DNA of 64,000 nt from an uncultured delta proteobacterium (lineage in GTDB: Bacteria > Desulfobacterota > Syntrophia > Syntrophales > UBA2192): assembly GCA_963705165.1 (NCBI GenBank), contig CAVPJD010000009.1, positions 83,088 to 147,087 of the forward strand, given 5' to 3'. The first letter of the stretch is position 1. The number at the start of each line of letters is the position of its first letter. The translations under genes were made by a program, and so were the position numbers. Shown piece after piece: positions 1-11,099 of the stretch. Below the pieces are notes generated by a model that was not told the DNA's origin, ran no database searches, and worked only from the letters and a program-made list of their open reading frames with translations.

Positions 1-486
1 GCCGTCGTGTGCGACTGTGCAAGCTGCGGCGGCACCCTCAAGCACCTCGCATCCTACTTCGCCGACGATCCGCAGTGGAAGGACCGGGCGGCCGCCTTCA
101 GCCGCAAGGTGATGGACCTGACGGAATACCTGGCCAAGGTCGGCTACACACCGCGGCAGAAGGTAGAGACGACCTTCACCTATCACGACCCCTGCCATCT
201 CGGTCGAGGCCAGGGAATCAAGAAACAGCCTCGCGATCTTCTCCGGGCGGCAGGCAAGTTCGTCGAGATGAAAGAAGCCGACGTGTGCTGCGGCGGGGCA
301 GGTTCCTTTCACATGGACTTCCCCGACATCGCATCGACGATCCTCGACAAGAAGCGGGCAAACATCGAGAAGACCGGCGCGGCCATCGTGGTGACGGGCT
401 GCCCCGGGTGCCTGATCCAGCTCGCCAAGGCGGCGAAGGCCAGCGGCGGCAAGTTCAAGGCCATGCACATCAGCCAGGTAATCTGA
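1..486 (+). CDS. C-terminal part of a CCG-domain Fe-S oxidoreductase subunit (GlcF/LutA-like), 5' truncated by the window edge
   Basis: Motifs CASC, TYHDPCHL, CCGGAGSF and CPGC are typical of tandem CCG domains. Confidence 0.85.
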   Translation, partial: AVVCDCASCGGTLKHLASYFADDPQWKDRAAAFSRKVMDLTEYLAKVGYTPRQKVETTFTYHDPCHLGRGQGIKKQPRDLLRAAGKFVEMKEADVCCGGAGSFHMDFPDIASTILDKKRANIEKTGAAIVVTGCPGCLIQLAKAAKASGGKFKAMHISQVI

Positions 487-546
487 GGCCGGGAGCCGGG
501 ACCAGTCCCGTTTCCGCATCTCCTGCGCGATTGCCTGTGAATCCTT

Positions 547-586
547 AAAAAGGGGTGCGAGTCTTTTCGCAGCCCCTTTCTTTTTT
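547..586 (+). terminator. Rho-independent terminator
   Basis: AAAAAGGGGTGCGA...TCGCAGCCCCTTT hairpin followed by a T run. Confidence 0.6.
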
Positions 587-748
587 CCGTATTCACGGGG
601 CAGATTCCCGGCAGAACTTATTCGTCACACCTTTTCTTCTGCGCCCAGTCCACGCCATAAAAAGATTTCAGCACCATTTACCGATCAATATTGATATACT
701 GAAGGGAGGAAGAGGTAGCATCATCGGACGAATGCAGGACAAGCACCC

Positions 749-2152
749 ATGAATCCTCTCAAGATCCAGGACAACACCTTTCGGGATGGCCACCAGTCCA
801 TCTATGCAACCCGGATGACGACGGAGGACATGATCCCCATCGCCGAGGCAATGGACGAGATCGGATTCTGGGCCATGGAGGTGTGGGGCGGGGCGACCTT
901 TGACACGATGCATCGATTCCTGGGCGAGGACCCCTGGGAAAGGCCCCGCATCCTGAAGCGCTACATCAAAAAGACCCCTTTTTCGATGCTTTTGCGCGGT
1001 CAGAACCTCGTGGGGTATCGCCACTACGCCGACGACGTTGTCCGGGCCTTCGTGGACAAGGCCTGCAAGGTCGGAATCGACATCTTCCGCGTTTTCGACG
1101 CACTGAACGACCTTCGGAACATTGAGACCTGCGCCGCTTGCATAAAGGCAAACGGGAAGCATTTCGAAGGGGCCGTCGTGTACTCTCTGACGGAGAGGCA
1201 TCTCGGCGGCGAAGTATTCAACCTGTCGTATTACGTCTCGAAAGCCAAGGGCCTTGAGGAGATGGGGGCCGACTCGATCTGCATCAAGGACATGGCCGGC
1301 ATCATGGCCCCCTATGATGCCTACGATCTCTTCACCGAGTTGAAGAAGGCCGTCAAGGTCCCCCTTCATCTCCACACCCATTACACAAGCGGCATGGGAT
1401 CGATGACTTGCCTGAAGGCCGTCGAGGCGGGGGTGGACATCGTGGACACCTGTGTCGCCCCTTACGCCATGCGGACATCGATGCCGCCGGTAGAGCCTCT
1501 CCTGCTTGCCCTGGAAGGAACCGGGCGCGACCCGGGGTTGCAGATGAGCCGCCTGCTGGAGATCGGAAAATACCTGGAATCCATCGCCCCCCGGTATCAA
1601 AAGCACCTGGCCGCAAACACCCTGTCGCTCATCGATGATAACGTGATCGCACACCAGATCCCCGGCGGGATGATCTCCAACCTCGTCAGCCAGCTCAAGG
1701 AGATGAATGCACTCGATCGTCTTCCCGAGGTCCAGCAGGAAATCCAGGTGGTTCGAAAAGAAGCGGGGACGCCGCCGCTTGTCACCCCGACTTCACAGAT
1801 CATCGGCTCACAGGCCGTCATGAATGTGCTTGCGGGGAGATACCGGACCGTCAGCAACCAGTTTCGCGACCTGTTGTTCGGGCTCTACGGGAAAACGCCC
1901 GCAAGCATCGATCCGAAGGTCCGCGAAATGGCGTTGCGCGGCTCCGGGCAGGGAATCTGGATCACGGACCGGCCCGCGAACCATCTCAAACCGGAGATGG
2001 AAGCTGCCCGGCGCAAGCTCGGCGATCTGGCAAAAACGGAGGAGGACGTGTTGACGTACGTGCTCTATCAAACGTCAGGCGAGCAGTTCCTGAAGTGGAA
2101 GTACGGTGTGGAACCGATGCCAGAGGGCGTCGGGCCGGGGAATTCTCGATAG
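749..2152 (+). CDS. Pyruvate/oxaloacetate carboxyltransferase subunit (PycB/OadA/transcarboxylase 5S-like) without biotinyl domain
   Basis: RDGHQS, EVWGGATFD, MLLRGQN, KDMAG, HTH, HQIPGGM and VTPTSQIIG motifs; no AMKM biotin-attachment motif. Confidence 0.9.
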   Translation: MNPLKIQDNTFRDGHQSIYATRMTTEDMIPIAEAMDEIGFWAMEVWGGATFDTMHRFLGEDPWERPRILKRYIKKTPFSMLLRGQNLVGYRHYADDVVRAFVDKACKVGIDIFRVFDALNDLRNIETCAACIKANGKHFEGAVVYSLTERHLGGEVFNLSYYVSKAKGLEEMGADSICIKDMAGIMAPYDAYDLFTELKKAVKVPLHLHTHYTSGMGSMTCLKAVEAGVDIVDTCVAPYAMRTSMPPVEPLLLALEGTGRDPGLQMSRLLEIGKYLESIAPRYQKHLAANTLSLIDDNVIAHQIPGGMISNLVSQLKEMNALDRLPEVQQEIQVVRKEAGTPPLVTPTSQIIGSQAVMNVLAGRYRTVSNQFRDLLFGLYGKTPASIDPKVREMALRGSGQGIWITDRPANHLKPEMEAARRKLGDLAKTEEDVLTYVLYQTSGEQFLKWKYGVEPMPEGVGPGNSR

Positions 2153-2168
2153 TAGCTCGGGGGAGCGC

Positions 2169-2876
2169 CTACTCCGGCCGCTTCGGCTCGAACCGAAAGC
2201 GGTAACCGATGCCCGGCTCGTTGATCAGGAATCGAGGTCGGGCCGGATCCTTCTCCAGCTTGTGCCTCAGCTGGGTCATATAAACCCGCAGATACTGGGT
2301 GTGCTCGACATAAGACGGCCCCCAGACTTCCTTGAGCAGCTGGCGATGGGTGACCACCTTTCCCGCATTCCGCACGAGGACGAGCAGCAGCTTGTATTCC
2401 AGGGGGGTCAGGTGGACCTCTGCGACCCCGAGGAAAACCTGCCTTTTCGCAAAATCGATTCGAAGCTCATCGGCTGAAAATACGGATACCTGCTGCCCGC
2501 TTTTCTGCATCTCTGCGTGTCGGACGGCCACACGGATCCTGGCCAGAAGCTCGCCGACACCAAAGGGTTTCGTGAGGTAGTCGTCGGCGCCCGCATCGAG
2601 AGCGCGGACCTTATCGTTCTCCTGCTCCCGGGCGGAAAGGATGATGATGGGCACCTTGGACCATTCCCGGAGCCTGCCGATGACCTCGAGGCCGTCCATG
2701 TCGGGAAGGCCGAGATCGAGAAGCACAGCATCGGGATTCCGTGTAGCCGCCTGCGAGAGACCATCTTTGGCCGTTTCCGCTTCAACCAGGCGATAGCCTT
2801 CGCTCTCCAGGGCAACCCGGAGGAAGCGCCTCATTTGAATATCATCTTCAACCAGCAGGACGAGTCCCTTCTCCAC
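2169..2876 (-). CDS. kdpE: KdpE response regulator (OmpR family)
   Basis: Receiver domain (LLDLGLPDMDG, GADDYLTKPF), winged-helix YLRVYMTQLRHKLE, and position at the end of the kdp operon. Confidence 0.95.
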   Translation of the reverse strand: MEKGLVLLVEDDIQMRRFLRVALESEGYRLVEAETAKDGLSQAATRNPDAVLLDLGLPDMDGLEVIGRLREWSKVPIIILSAREQENDKVRALDAGADDYLTKPFGVGELLARIRVAVRHAEMQKSGQQVSVFSADELRIDFAKRQVFLGVAEVHLTPLEYKLLLVLVRNAGKVVTHRQLLKEVWGPSYVEHTQYLRVYMTQLRHKLEKDPARPRFLINEPGIGYRFRFEPKRPE

Positions 2877-2916
2877 AGACCTGAACCTTTCCGCTCTTTA
2901 TATAATCATCCAAACC

Positions 2917-5606
2917 TCAGGATTCCTTCTCCACCAAAGGCAACGCGGCCTCCCCCTCTATCGGCAGCGTGAATCGGAACACCGCGCCGCCCCCGGGCCG
3001 GTTTTCAGCCCATATGCGGCCGCCGTGCGCTTCCACGATGACCCGGCAGATGGACAGGCCGAGACCGACCCCGCCACCCGGTGATTTACCGCGGGTAAAT
3101 TTTTCAAAGATCCGCTCCTCAAGGCCCGCCGGGATGCCTGGCCCCCCGTCTGCGATTTCAATGAGGACGCCTGCCTTCTGCATCCGGGCGACAAGCTCAA
3201 CGGGGGTCCCCGCAGGGGTGTGCTGGAGGGCATTTTCCAGGAGATTCGTGAGGACCTGCTCCATCAGGAGCGGATCGAAGGGAATCAAAGGCAGATGATC
3301 CGGTATCGTGAGGCTGAGCGGGTGATCCTTCAACCGCTCGGAGAGCCGTTCGATGGCGACACCCGTAATCTCCTCCAGGGATTGCCAGTCCTTATTGACC
3401 TGGATCGCACCCGATTCGAGTCGCGTCATGTTGAGCACATTGCGTACGATGTGGTTGAGGCGCTCCGCCTCCCCGTGAATGGTCCTGACCAGTTCCTCCC
3501 TTTTTCCCTCAGCCAGGTGTTCGCCCTTCCGGAGCAGGGTATCGGCCGCGCCGCTGATGGTCGCAAGCGGCGTCCTCAGGTCATGGGATACCGAGCTCAG
3601 AAAGACGTTTCGCAGGCTCTGCTTCTCGGCACTGAGGCGCTCCCTTTGGGCCTCCTGGGCCAGAATGACCCGCTCCAAGGCCATGGCTGTCTGGTTCGCA
3701 AAGGTTTCGAGAAGATGAATCTGCTCGGTTTCGAAGGGTTCGTTCGGATTCTCCGGGAGGATGCCTACAACGCCGACTGGACCGGACGAGGCGATCATGG
3801 GCAGGTAGAGGGCCTTGGCCCCCGGGAGGGTATCGGTGCCGACACCCGCCGCCTGCCTGTTCTCCAGGACCCATTGCGCCACACCCATCTCTTTTTCATC
3901 CAGAGCGAAGGTGCCCGCCCCCGTCGAGGGGACAACAAGGTGGCCCCGTTCATCGGAGACAAGAATGACAACCTGGCTTCGGAAGACCTCGCCGATGTGT
4001 CTCACGGCTATATCGCTGAGCTTCTCTTTTTTCGCTCCCGGGCCAGATCCCGGCTCAGGCCATAAAGCGCTGCGGTTTTTCTCTCCCGCAGCCGCGCCGC
4101 TTCAGCCTGCTCACGAACCCGCAAGGTGAGCCCGCTGATGACCAGGGCCACGGCGAACATGACCCCGAAGGTCACGAAGTACCGGACATCGGATACTGCG
4201 AAAGTGAAGTAGGGGGGGACAAAGAAAAAGTCGAAGGCAGCAATGCTCAGGAGGGTGGCCAGCAGCGCCGGCCAGCGCCTGGTGCGGATTGCCGTCACCA
4301 CAACGCCAAGCAGATACACCATGACAAGATCAAGGAGCTCGAAATAGGGGAACATGATGGCTGAGATGCCCGTGGCTGCAGCCACCGTCGAAACGGACCA
4401 GACCCACTCGGAGGGCTTCCAGGACAAACGGGGGTTTTTTTCAATGCGCCGCGGCACACTCTCGGGGGCATCGCCTGTGATGACATAGACATCGATATCG
4501 CCGCTTCCGCGGACGATTTCATCCAATGGCGAGCCCAAGAGCTTGTCCTTCCAGCGTGGATGGGTCGGCTTGCCGACGATGATCTTGCCAACGTTGCGCA
4601 GCCTGGCGTAGCTGAGAATCTCCTCGCTCACACGGTGCCCCGTCAGCGTCACCGTCTCGGCGCCCAGGCCTTCGGCCAGGCGCATGTGCTCTGCCAGTAG
4701 CCGATTGTCCTCCTCGGAGGCGCGAACATGGGAGGGCGCCTCGATGTTGACGGCGATCCACTCGGCGCGCAGTCCCGCGGCCATTCGACGGGCCGCCCGG
4801 ATCAGGCGGACCGAGCGCGGATTGGGCCCCACGCAGACGAGAATCCTCTCCGTGGCGGGCCAGATCGCCCGCACCCCCTGATCCCGTCGATAGCTCTCCA
4901 TCTGCTCATCGACACGCTCGGCCGTGCGTCGAAGTGCCAGTTCACGCAGAGCGATGAGGTTTCCCTTCCGGAAGAAATTCCCCATCGCCTTTTTCGCCTG
5001 ATCGGGGATGTATACTTTCCCCTCCTTCAGGCGCTGCAGAAGGTCATCGGGCGGCAGATCGACAAGCTCGATCTCATCGGCTCGCTCCAGAAACGAATCC
5101 GGCAGGGTTTCCCTTACGCGGACACCTGTGATCTGATAAACCACGTCATTGAGGCTCTCCAGATGCTGGACATTGACAGTGGTGTAGACGGAGATTCCTG
5201 CACAGAGAAGCTCCCTCACGTCCTGCCAGCGTTTTTTGTGGCGGGCGCCGGGGACATTGGTGTGAGCCAGTTCGTCCACGAGGACAATGGAAGGATTGCG
5301 TGCCAGGGCGCCGTCCAGGTCGAATTCCTGGAGGGTTTTCCCTTTGTAGTAAATGGAGCGACGGGGCAGGGTCTCCTGCCCCTCCAGGAGCACTTCCGTC
5401 TCCCTGCGGCCGTGGGTTTCGACGAGGCCGGCGACGATATCGATGCCCTCCCGCCGTCTCGCCTGCGCTGCTTCCAGCATGGCATAGGTTTTCCCCACAC
5501 CGGGGGCGGCGCCGAAGAATACCTTCAACTTCCCCTGCCGTTGCCGCTCCTCTTTCTGTTTGACCAGCTCGAGAAGGGCTTCTGGGTCGGGTCTTTTTTC
5601 ATCCAT
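2917..5606 (-). CDS. kdpD: KdpD sensor histidine kinase, split by a single-base frameshift at ~4027-4032
   Basis: GAAPGVGKTYAML, VDELAH, Usp-like domain, 4 TM helices, SHDLRTPL and HATPase. One extra A in the A6 run restores ERKKEKLSDIAVRHIG and joins ORFs 4008-5606 and 2917-4005. Confidence 0.93.
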
Positions 5607-5666
5607 ACCGGAACAACCTGTGGAGGATTGCCGAGGATCGCAACCGCTTTTTGAAGTCTAACAGAA

Positions 5667-6239
5667 TCACCGCAGCGTCTCCAGCGCCATGTTCAACTCG
5701 AGGACCGGGACGACGGTCTCCCCGAAGATGCCGAAATCCCGATCCCGCAAATGGGCCATGACATGACCCTGCACAACCTCCTCCTCGAGCCCCCGGGCCT
5801 TCGCAACACGCCGGACCTGGTAGAGGGCGGCAGCCGGGCTGATGTGGGGATCGAGGCCGCTGCCGGAAGCCGTGACCAGATCCACGGGGATCGGCCGGGG
5901 ATTGTCCGGGTCGGCTGCGTGCAGTGCGGCGATCCGCGACCGGACTGCCTTTGTCAGTTCCGGGTTCGCCGGTCCCAGGTTGGAACCCGCTGAGGCGGCG
6001 CTGTTGTACGGAAAGGGTTTTGTCGCCGAAGGCCGCCCCCAGAAAAAGCGGGTATCCTCGAAGGGTTGCCCGATGAGAGCCGACCTCGCAGGATGGCCTT
6101 CCATGACGATCAGGCTTCCATTGGCCTCGTGGGGAAAAAAGATCTGGGCAAGCCCCGTGATGCACAGCGGGTAGATGATGCCGGTCAGCACCGTCAGCAG
6201 CAACAGCGAAAAGACAGCGGGACGGATAAAGTGTTTCAT
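5667..6239 (-). CDS. kdpC: K+-transporting ATPase subunit C
   Basis: ANGSL, SALIGQPF, SNLGP and VTASGSGLDPHIS motifs. Confidence 0.96.
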   Translation of the reverse strand: MKHFIRPAVFSLLLLTVLTGIIYPLCITGLAQIFFPHEANGSLIVMEGHPARSALIGQPFEDTRFFWGRPSATKPFPYNSAASAGSNLGPANPELTKAVRSRIAALHAADPDNPRPIPVDLVTASGSGLDPHISPAAALYQVRRVAKARGLEEEVVQGHVMAHLRDRDFGIFGETVVPVLELNMALETLR

Positions 6240-6250
6240 GGATCATCTCC

Positions 6251-8323
6251 TTAAACCAGGTGCAGGGCCGCAAGGATCAGGTCGATCAGCTTGATGCCGA
6301 TGAAGGGGACCACCAGGCCGCCGGCACCGTAGACGAGCAGGTTGCGGCGGAGAACGATTGCGGCACCCATCGGGCGATACCGGACCCCTTTCAAGGCAAG
6401 GGGGATCAGGGCTACGATGATCAGGGCATTGAAGATGACCGCCGAGAGAACCGCACTTTGCGGGGTTGCAAGCCCCATGATGTTGAGCGCGGACAGGGAG
6501 GGGTAAATGCCTGCAAACGCCGCCGGGAGGATGGCAAAGTACTTGGCCACATCGTTGGCAATGCTGAAAGTGGTGAGCGTCCCCCGGGTCATCAGGAGCT
6601 GCTTGCCGATCCCGACGATCTCGATGAGCTTCGTGGGATTCGAGTCGAGATCCACCAGGTTGCCCGCCTCCTTGGCGGCCTGGGTGCCCGTGTTCATCGC
6701 CACGGCCACATCGGCCTGGGCCAGGGCCGGTGCATCGTTGGTCCCGTCACCGGTCATGGCAACCAGGTGTCCCCCGGCCTGATAATCGCGGATCAATTTC
6801 AGCTTCGTCTCCGGCGTTGCCTGGGCGAGAAAATCATCCACGCCGGCCTCGGCGGCGACGGCGGCGGCCGTCAGAGGATTATCGCCCGTGATCATCACTG
6901 TTCGAATCCCCATCCGCCTGAGTTCCGCGAACCGCTCCCGGATGCCGCCCTTCACGACGTCCGCCAGCTGAATGACCCCGAGTGCGCGTGCCCCGTCGGC
7001 CACGACCAGCGGTGTGCCGCCCCGGCGGGAGATGTCATCGACGATCGATCGGAGCTCGGAGGGAAAGGAACCGCCCAGATCTGTCACATAGGCTTCCATG
7101 GCGTCGGCGGCCCCTTTGCGGATCTGGCGCCCGTCGAGATCGACGCCGCTCATGCGTGTCTTTGCCGTGAAGGGGATGAATCGGGCACCGAGTGCTTTGA
7201 TATCCCGCTCCCTCAGACTATAATTCTTCTTGGCCAGCACGACGATGCTGCGGCCTTCGGGAGTCTCATCGGCAAGCGAGGCAAGCTGGGCTGCGTCGGC
7301 AAGAATCTGCACATCCACGCCGGCGGCGGGAAGGAACGACGTCGCCTCCCGGTTGCCGAGGGTGATGGTCCCCGTCTTGTCCAGCAGGAGGACATCCACG
7401 TCGCCTGCCGCCTCGACGGCACGACCGCTCATGGCGATGACGTTGGCCTGGATCATCCGGTCCATGCCGGCAATGCCGATGGCCGAAAGAAGTCCCCCGA
7501 TAGTCGTCGGGATCAGGCAGACGAGCAGGGCAACGAGCACTGTGATGGTGACGGGCGAGCCCTGGCCGGCGGCCCGGGCGCTGAAGATCGAGAACGGAAG
7601 CAGCGTGACCGTGGCCAGGAGGAAGATGAGGGTCAGGCCGGCCAGGAAAATGTCGAGGGCGACTTCATTGGGAGTCTTCTGCCTCCTCGCACCCTCCACC
7701 ATGGCGATCATCCGGTCCAGGAAAGTCTCGCCGGGACTCGACGTAACGCGGATAACGAGCCAATCCGAAAGGACTCGTGTCCCCCCGGTCACGGCGCTGC
7801 GGTCCCCGCCGGACTCCCGGATTACGGGCGCGCTCTCTCCCGTAATCGCACTCTCGTCGACAGAGGCAACCCCGACAACCACCTCGCCATCTCCGGGGAT
7901 GAAATCGCCTGCTTCCACCAGTACGTAATCGCCTTTACCGAGTTGCGAGCCCGGGATGAGGACTCGATTCGCCCCGGCATCGGGGCCGGAGAGGCGTTTG
8001 GCCAGCACATCCTTCCGGGTGCTGCGCAGTGCTTTCGCCTGGGCCTTTCCCCGCCCTTCCGCCATGGCTTCGGCGAAATTGCCGAACAGTACAGTAACCC
8101 AGAGCCAGATCGACACGGTCAGGATGAATCCGGGGCTTTCCTCCCCTCGTCCGGACAGGGCAAGGAAAAAAAGCACCGAGGTCAACACGCTGCCCACCTC
8201 GACGACAAACATTACCGGCCGCCTCATCATCTGCAGGGGATTCAACTTCAGGAACGCGTCGACGACGGCCTGCCGGAGAAGAGCGCCTTCAAAAAGGCTG
8301 AGGGTTTTGGTCTTTCGATTCAT
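6251..8323 (-). CDS. kdpB: K+-transporting P-type ATPase subunit B
   Basis: [23 protein letters not shown] and [11 protein letters not shown] motifs. Confidence 0.98.
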   Translation of the reverse strand: MNRKTKTLSLFEGALLRQAVVDAFLKLNPLQMMRRPVMFVVEVGSVLTSVLFFLALSGRGEESPGFILTVSIWLWVTVLFGNFAEAMAEGRGKAQAKALRSTRKDVLAKRLSGPDAGANRVLIPGSQLGKGDYVLVEAGDFIPGDGEVVVGVASVDESAITGESAPVIRESGGDRSAVTGGTRVLSDWLVIRVTSSPGETFLDRMIAMVEGARRQKTPNEVALDIFLAGLTLIFLLATVTLLPFSIFSARAAGQGSPVTITVLVALLVCLIPTTIGGLLSAIGIAGMDRMIQANVIAMSGRAVEAAGDVDVLLLDKTGTITLGNREATSFLPAAGVDVQILADAAQLASLADETPEGRSIVVLAKKNYSLRERDIKALGARFIPFTAKTRMSGVDLDGRQIRKGAADAMEAYVTDLGGSFPSELRSIVDDISRRGGTPLVVADGARALGVIQLADVVKGGIRERFAELRRMGIRTVMITGDNPLTAAAVAAEAGVDDFLAQATPETKLKLIRDYQAGGHLVAMTGDGTNDAPALAQADVAVAMNTGTQAAKEAGNLVDLDSNPTKLIEIVGIGKQLLMTRGTLTTFSIANDVAKYFAILPAAFAGIYPSLSALNIMGLATPQSAVLSAVIFNALIIVALIPLALKGVRYRPMGAAIVLRRNLLVYGAGGLVVPFIGIKLIDLILAALHLV

Positions 8324-8347
8324 CGTCTTGATCTCCCGTGACCGGCC

Positions 8348-10084
8348 TCAGGATGCCATGAATTCCGCAATCGGCCCGAGGGCCAGGGCCGGAAGGAACG
8401 TCAGCGCGCCCACCAGAAGAACCACGCCTGCAAGCAGAATAACGAATAGGGGTGTATGGGTTGGAAGTGTTCCGGGACCGGATGGAATGATCTTTTTACC
8501 CGCCAGGGATCCCGCCATGGCCAGAACCGGGATCATCACCCAGAACCGGCCAATCAGCATGGCGATCCCCAGGGAGAGATTGTAGAAGACGCTGTCGGCG
8601 TTGAGGCCGGCAAAGGCGCTCCCGTTGTTGTTTGCCGCCGACGAAAAGGCGTAGAGAACCTCCGTAAAGCCGTGGGGTCCCGGATTGAAAATGCCGGAAA
8701 GCCCCGCCTCTGCCGCCAGGGCAATCGCCGTACCGACAAGGACCACCGAGGCGGGGATGAGGATGACGAGGGAGGCCATTTTCATTTCGAAGGCCTCGAT
8801 CTTCTTGCCCAGATACTCCGGTGTCCGGCCCACCATGAGGCCGGCCACGAAGACGGCGATGACGGCAAACACGAGCATGCCGTAGAGCCCGGAACCAACG
8901 CCGCCGAAGACAACCTCGCCGAGTTGCATGAGCCAGAGTGGGAATAGGCCTCCGAGGGGCGTGAAAGAATCGTGCATGGCATTGACCGAGCCGTTCGAGG
9001 CGGCTGTGGTGGCTACCGCCCAGAGTACCGAGTTGACGATGCCGAAACGCGCCTCCTTCCCTTCCATGTTCCCGCCGGGTTGCAGGCTGCTCACCGCCTG
9101 GTCGACCCCGAGGGCGGACAGGGCAGGGTTTCCCGCCTGCTCGCTCCACAGGCACAGCATCATGAGCGGTATGAGGATGACCAGCATTGCCGCGAGAATT
9201 GCCCGGCCCTGCCGCGTATCGCCCACCATTTTACCGAAGGTATAGCAGAGCGCCGCGGGAAGCAGGAGGATGGCGAGAAGCTCCAGAAAGTTTGAAATCT
9301 GGGTTGGATTCTCCAGGGGATGGGCGGCGTTGGCGTTGAAAAACCCCCCGCCGTTTGTCCCGATCTGCTTGATGGCGATTTGTGAGGCCGCCGGACCCAT
9401 GGGGATGACCTGCCCGGTAACCTCGTTGCCCTCACTGTCCAGTGTGCTCTGAAGAAGCGGAACCCGAATGGCGGCGCCGAGCGACTGAACGACCCCCTGG
9501 GAAACGAGTGCCAGAGAGAGCACGATGGCCAGGGGAAGCAGGATGTAGAGAACGGAGCGGACCATGTCCACCCAGAAATTTCCGATGGTCTGCGAAAGGC
9601 TGCGCTTAAGCCCCCGGATGAAGGCTGCAAGGGCTGCCATCCCACTGGCCGCGGAGACGAAATTCTGGACGGTGAGCCCGATCATCTGCGTCAGGTAGCT
9701 CATGGCCGTCTCCCCGGCATAGGCCTGCCAGTTCGTATTGGTAACAAAACTCACGGCCGTGTTAAAGGCAAGGTCGGGTGCGATGGCACTGATCTGCTGG
9801 GGATTAACCGGAAGGAATGCCTGGCTGCGCTGGATCAGATAGAGCAGGAGAGCACCCGCGGCGTTGAACAGCAGCAGCGCCGTTGCGTATTCCTTCCATG
9901 TCATCTCCCCGTCGGGGCGGATCCCGCAGATTCTATAAATCCATCTTTCGAGGGGTGAGATAAGACGGTGCAGGGGCAAAGACTCTCCGCTGTAGACGCG
10001 AGCCATGTAGAAGCCCAGCGGCTTGACGAGAACCAGAAGGGCGACAAGATAGAGGAAAATCTGAATCATGCCCGGGGCGTTCAT
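8348..10084 (-). CDS. kdpA: K+-transporting ATPase subunit A
   Basis: TNTNWQAY, GTNGGGFF, SNGSVNAMHDS and NNGSAFAG pore-loop motifs. Confidence 0.98.
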   Translation of the reverse strand: MNAPGMIQIFLYLVALLVLVKPLGFYMARVYSGESLPLHRLISPLERWIYRICGIRPDGEMTWKEYATALLLFNAAGALLLYLIQRSQAFLPVNPQQISAIAPDLAFNTAVSFVTNTNWQAYAGETAMSYLTQMIGLTVQNFVSAASGMAALAAFIRGLKRSLSQTIGNFWVDMVRSVLYILLPLAIVLSLALVSQGVVQSLGAAIRVPLLQSTLDSEGNEVTGQVIPMGPAASQIAIKQIGTNGGGFFNANAAHPLENPTQISNFLELLAILLLPAALCYTFGKMVGDTRQGRAILAAMLVILIPLMMLCLWSEQAGNPALSALGVDQAVSSLQPGGNMEGKEARFGIVNSVLWAVATTAASNGSVNAMHDSFTPLGGLFPLWLMQLGEVVFGGVGSGLYGMLVFAVIAVFVAGLMVGRTPEYLGKKIEAFEMKMASLVILIPASVVLVGTAIALAAEAGLSGIFNPGPHGFTEVLYAFSSAANNNGSAFAGLNADSVFYNLSLGIAMLIGRFWVMIPVLAMAGSLAGKKIIPSGPGTLPTHTPLFVILLAGVVLLVGALTFLPALALGPIAEFMAS

Positions 10085-10173
10085 GAAAACACCTCCGGCT
10101 TCAGAAGCGCGATAAAGAGGTAGATGAGAAGGGCCAGTGCGATGATGCCGCCAATCAAGTAGAGAAAGGACAT
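10081..10173 (-). CDS. kdpF: KdpF small subunit
   Basis: MSFLYLIGGIIALALLIYLFIALLKPEVFS matches the YLxxALLxPExF signature; the stop overlaps the kdpA start (ATGA). Confidence 0.92.
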   Translation of the reverse strand: MSFLYLIGGIIALALLIYLFIALLKPEVFS

Positions 10174-10174
10174 T

Positions 10175-10267
10175 TCACTCACCCGCCCGAAGTCTTTCAA
10201 TCCAGCTGACAGAGAGCCCGCACAGAATGAAAAACACGACAATGATGCTTGCGTAGAGGATATCCAT
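10175..10267 (-). CDS. 30-aa single-TM peptide immediately upstream of kdpF (not in the ORF track)
   Basis: Manual translation gives MDILYASIIVVFFILCGLSVSWIERLRAGE*; purine-rich RBS upstream; stop lies 1 nt before the kdpF ATG. Confidence 0.75.
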   Translation of the reverse strand: MDILYASIIVVFFILCGLSVSWIERLRAGE

Positions 10268-10299
10268 AAACTCTTCACTCTCCCGTTCGAGAAATCGCG

Positions 10300-10854
10300 T
10301 CAGGCATCCCCCACTCGCCGCTGAAGGATCTTATACTTCTCCAGGAGCTTGTTGCGCGTGGCCTCGAGCGCGCAGGTTTCCTGATCGACTTCGGCGGTTC
10401 TTTTCTGAATCGCCGGTAATTCAGCATCCCTCAAGTGATCCTTGGTTTGCCTGCTTTCCCGGGTCAGGACCTTCTTCCATTCCAGCGGATCGTCACTTCG
10501 AAATCTGCCCTTCGTCACTTTATACTTCACGAGAAGATCCTCCAGCGCAAGAGAGCTGGAAAAATCGTCGAGTTCCGATTCACTGACCGTCACGTAGAGG
10601 GCTTTCCCCTCAATCAACACGGGAAAGCGGTAAATCCCGGGATTCTCTGCAAGGGCCAGCAAACGAGCCTGATGGTCCCTGAGCATCCCTGAAAGCTTTT
10701 TATTATCGAGGGTCACTTTGTCCAGGTGATCAATCTCACTGCGGATCTCATTCATTTCCTTTCTCATCTCTTCGCGCGTCTGTGACCGGATCGAGATCGG
10801 CATTGCGAGAAACAGGATGACCACCGCAAATGACAGGACTCTGTATCGATTCAT
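10300..10854 (-). CDS. Hypothetical exported, largely helical/coiled-coil protein
   Basis: Likely start MNRYRVLSFAVVILFLAM (signal-peptide-like) after an AAGGGGG RBS; co-oriented with kdp. Confidence 0.65.
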   Translation of the reverse strand: MNRYRVLSFAVVILFLAMPISIRSQTREEMRKEMNEIRSEIDHLDKVTLDNKKLSGMLRDHQARLLALAENPGIYRFPVLIEGKALYVTVSESELDDFSSSLALEDLLVKYKVTKGRFRSDDPLEWKKVLTRESRQTKDHLRDAELPAIQKRTAEVDQETCALEATRNKLLEKYKILQRRVGDA

Positions 10855-10925
10855 GTTTGCCCCCTTGAAACTTGTTGCTTTCAAGGAAATCTTCTCCAAC
10901 GCTTTTGTGGTCAGGTTAACAAGGC

Positions 10926-10977
10926 AGGAATAAAGATGTTGTTAAAATCAGGGGCTGAGGAATAAAAAGAATATCAA
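10926..10977 (-). promoter_or_regulatory. Two putative KdpE boxes
   Basis: Minus strand TTGATA-N5-TTTATT and TTAACA-N5-TTTATT, with 11-bp half-site period like the E. coli TTTATA-N5-TTTACA site. Confidence 0.5.
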
Positions 10978-11099
10978 TACAACATGTGCGGGGGGGAGTT
11001 GGGGACCAAGCTTTTTTATCATTTTCATGATGACAGGATCATCAGGAAATGAGATATGATTATCCGTGAAGCGCTTAAACCCCAGGAAAGGAGGAATAT

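Noticed and set aside
4005..4035. Naturally split KdpD or programmed frameshift
   Set aside because: One missing A in a homopolymer restores a normal full-length KdpD; sequencing error is the simpler explanation.
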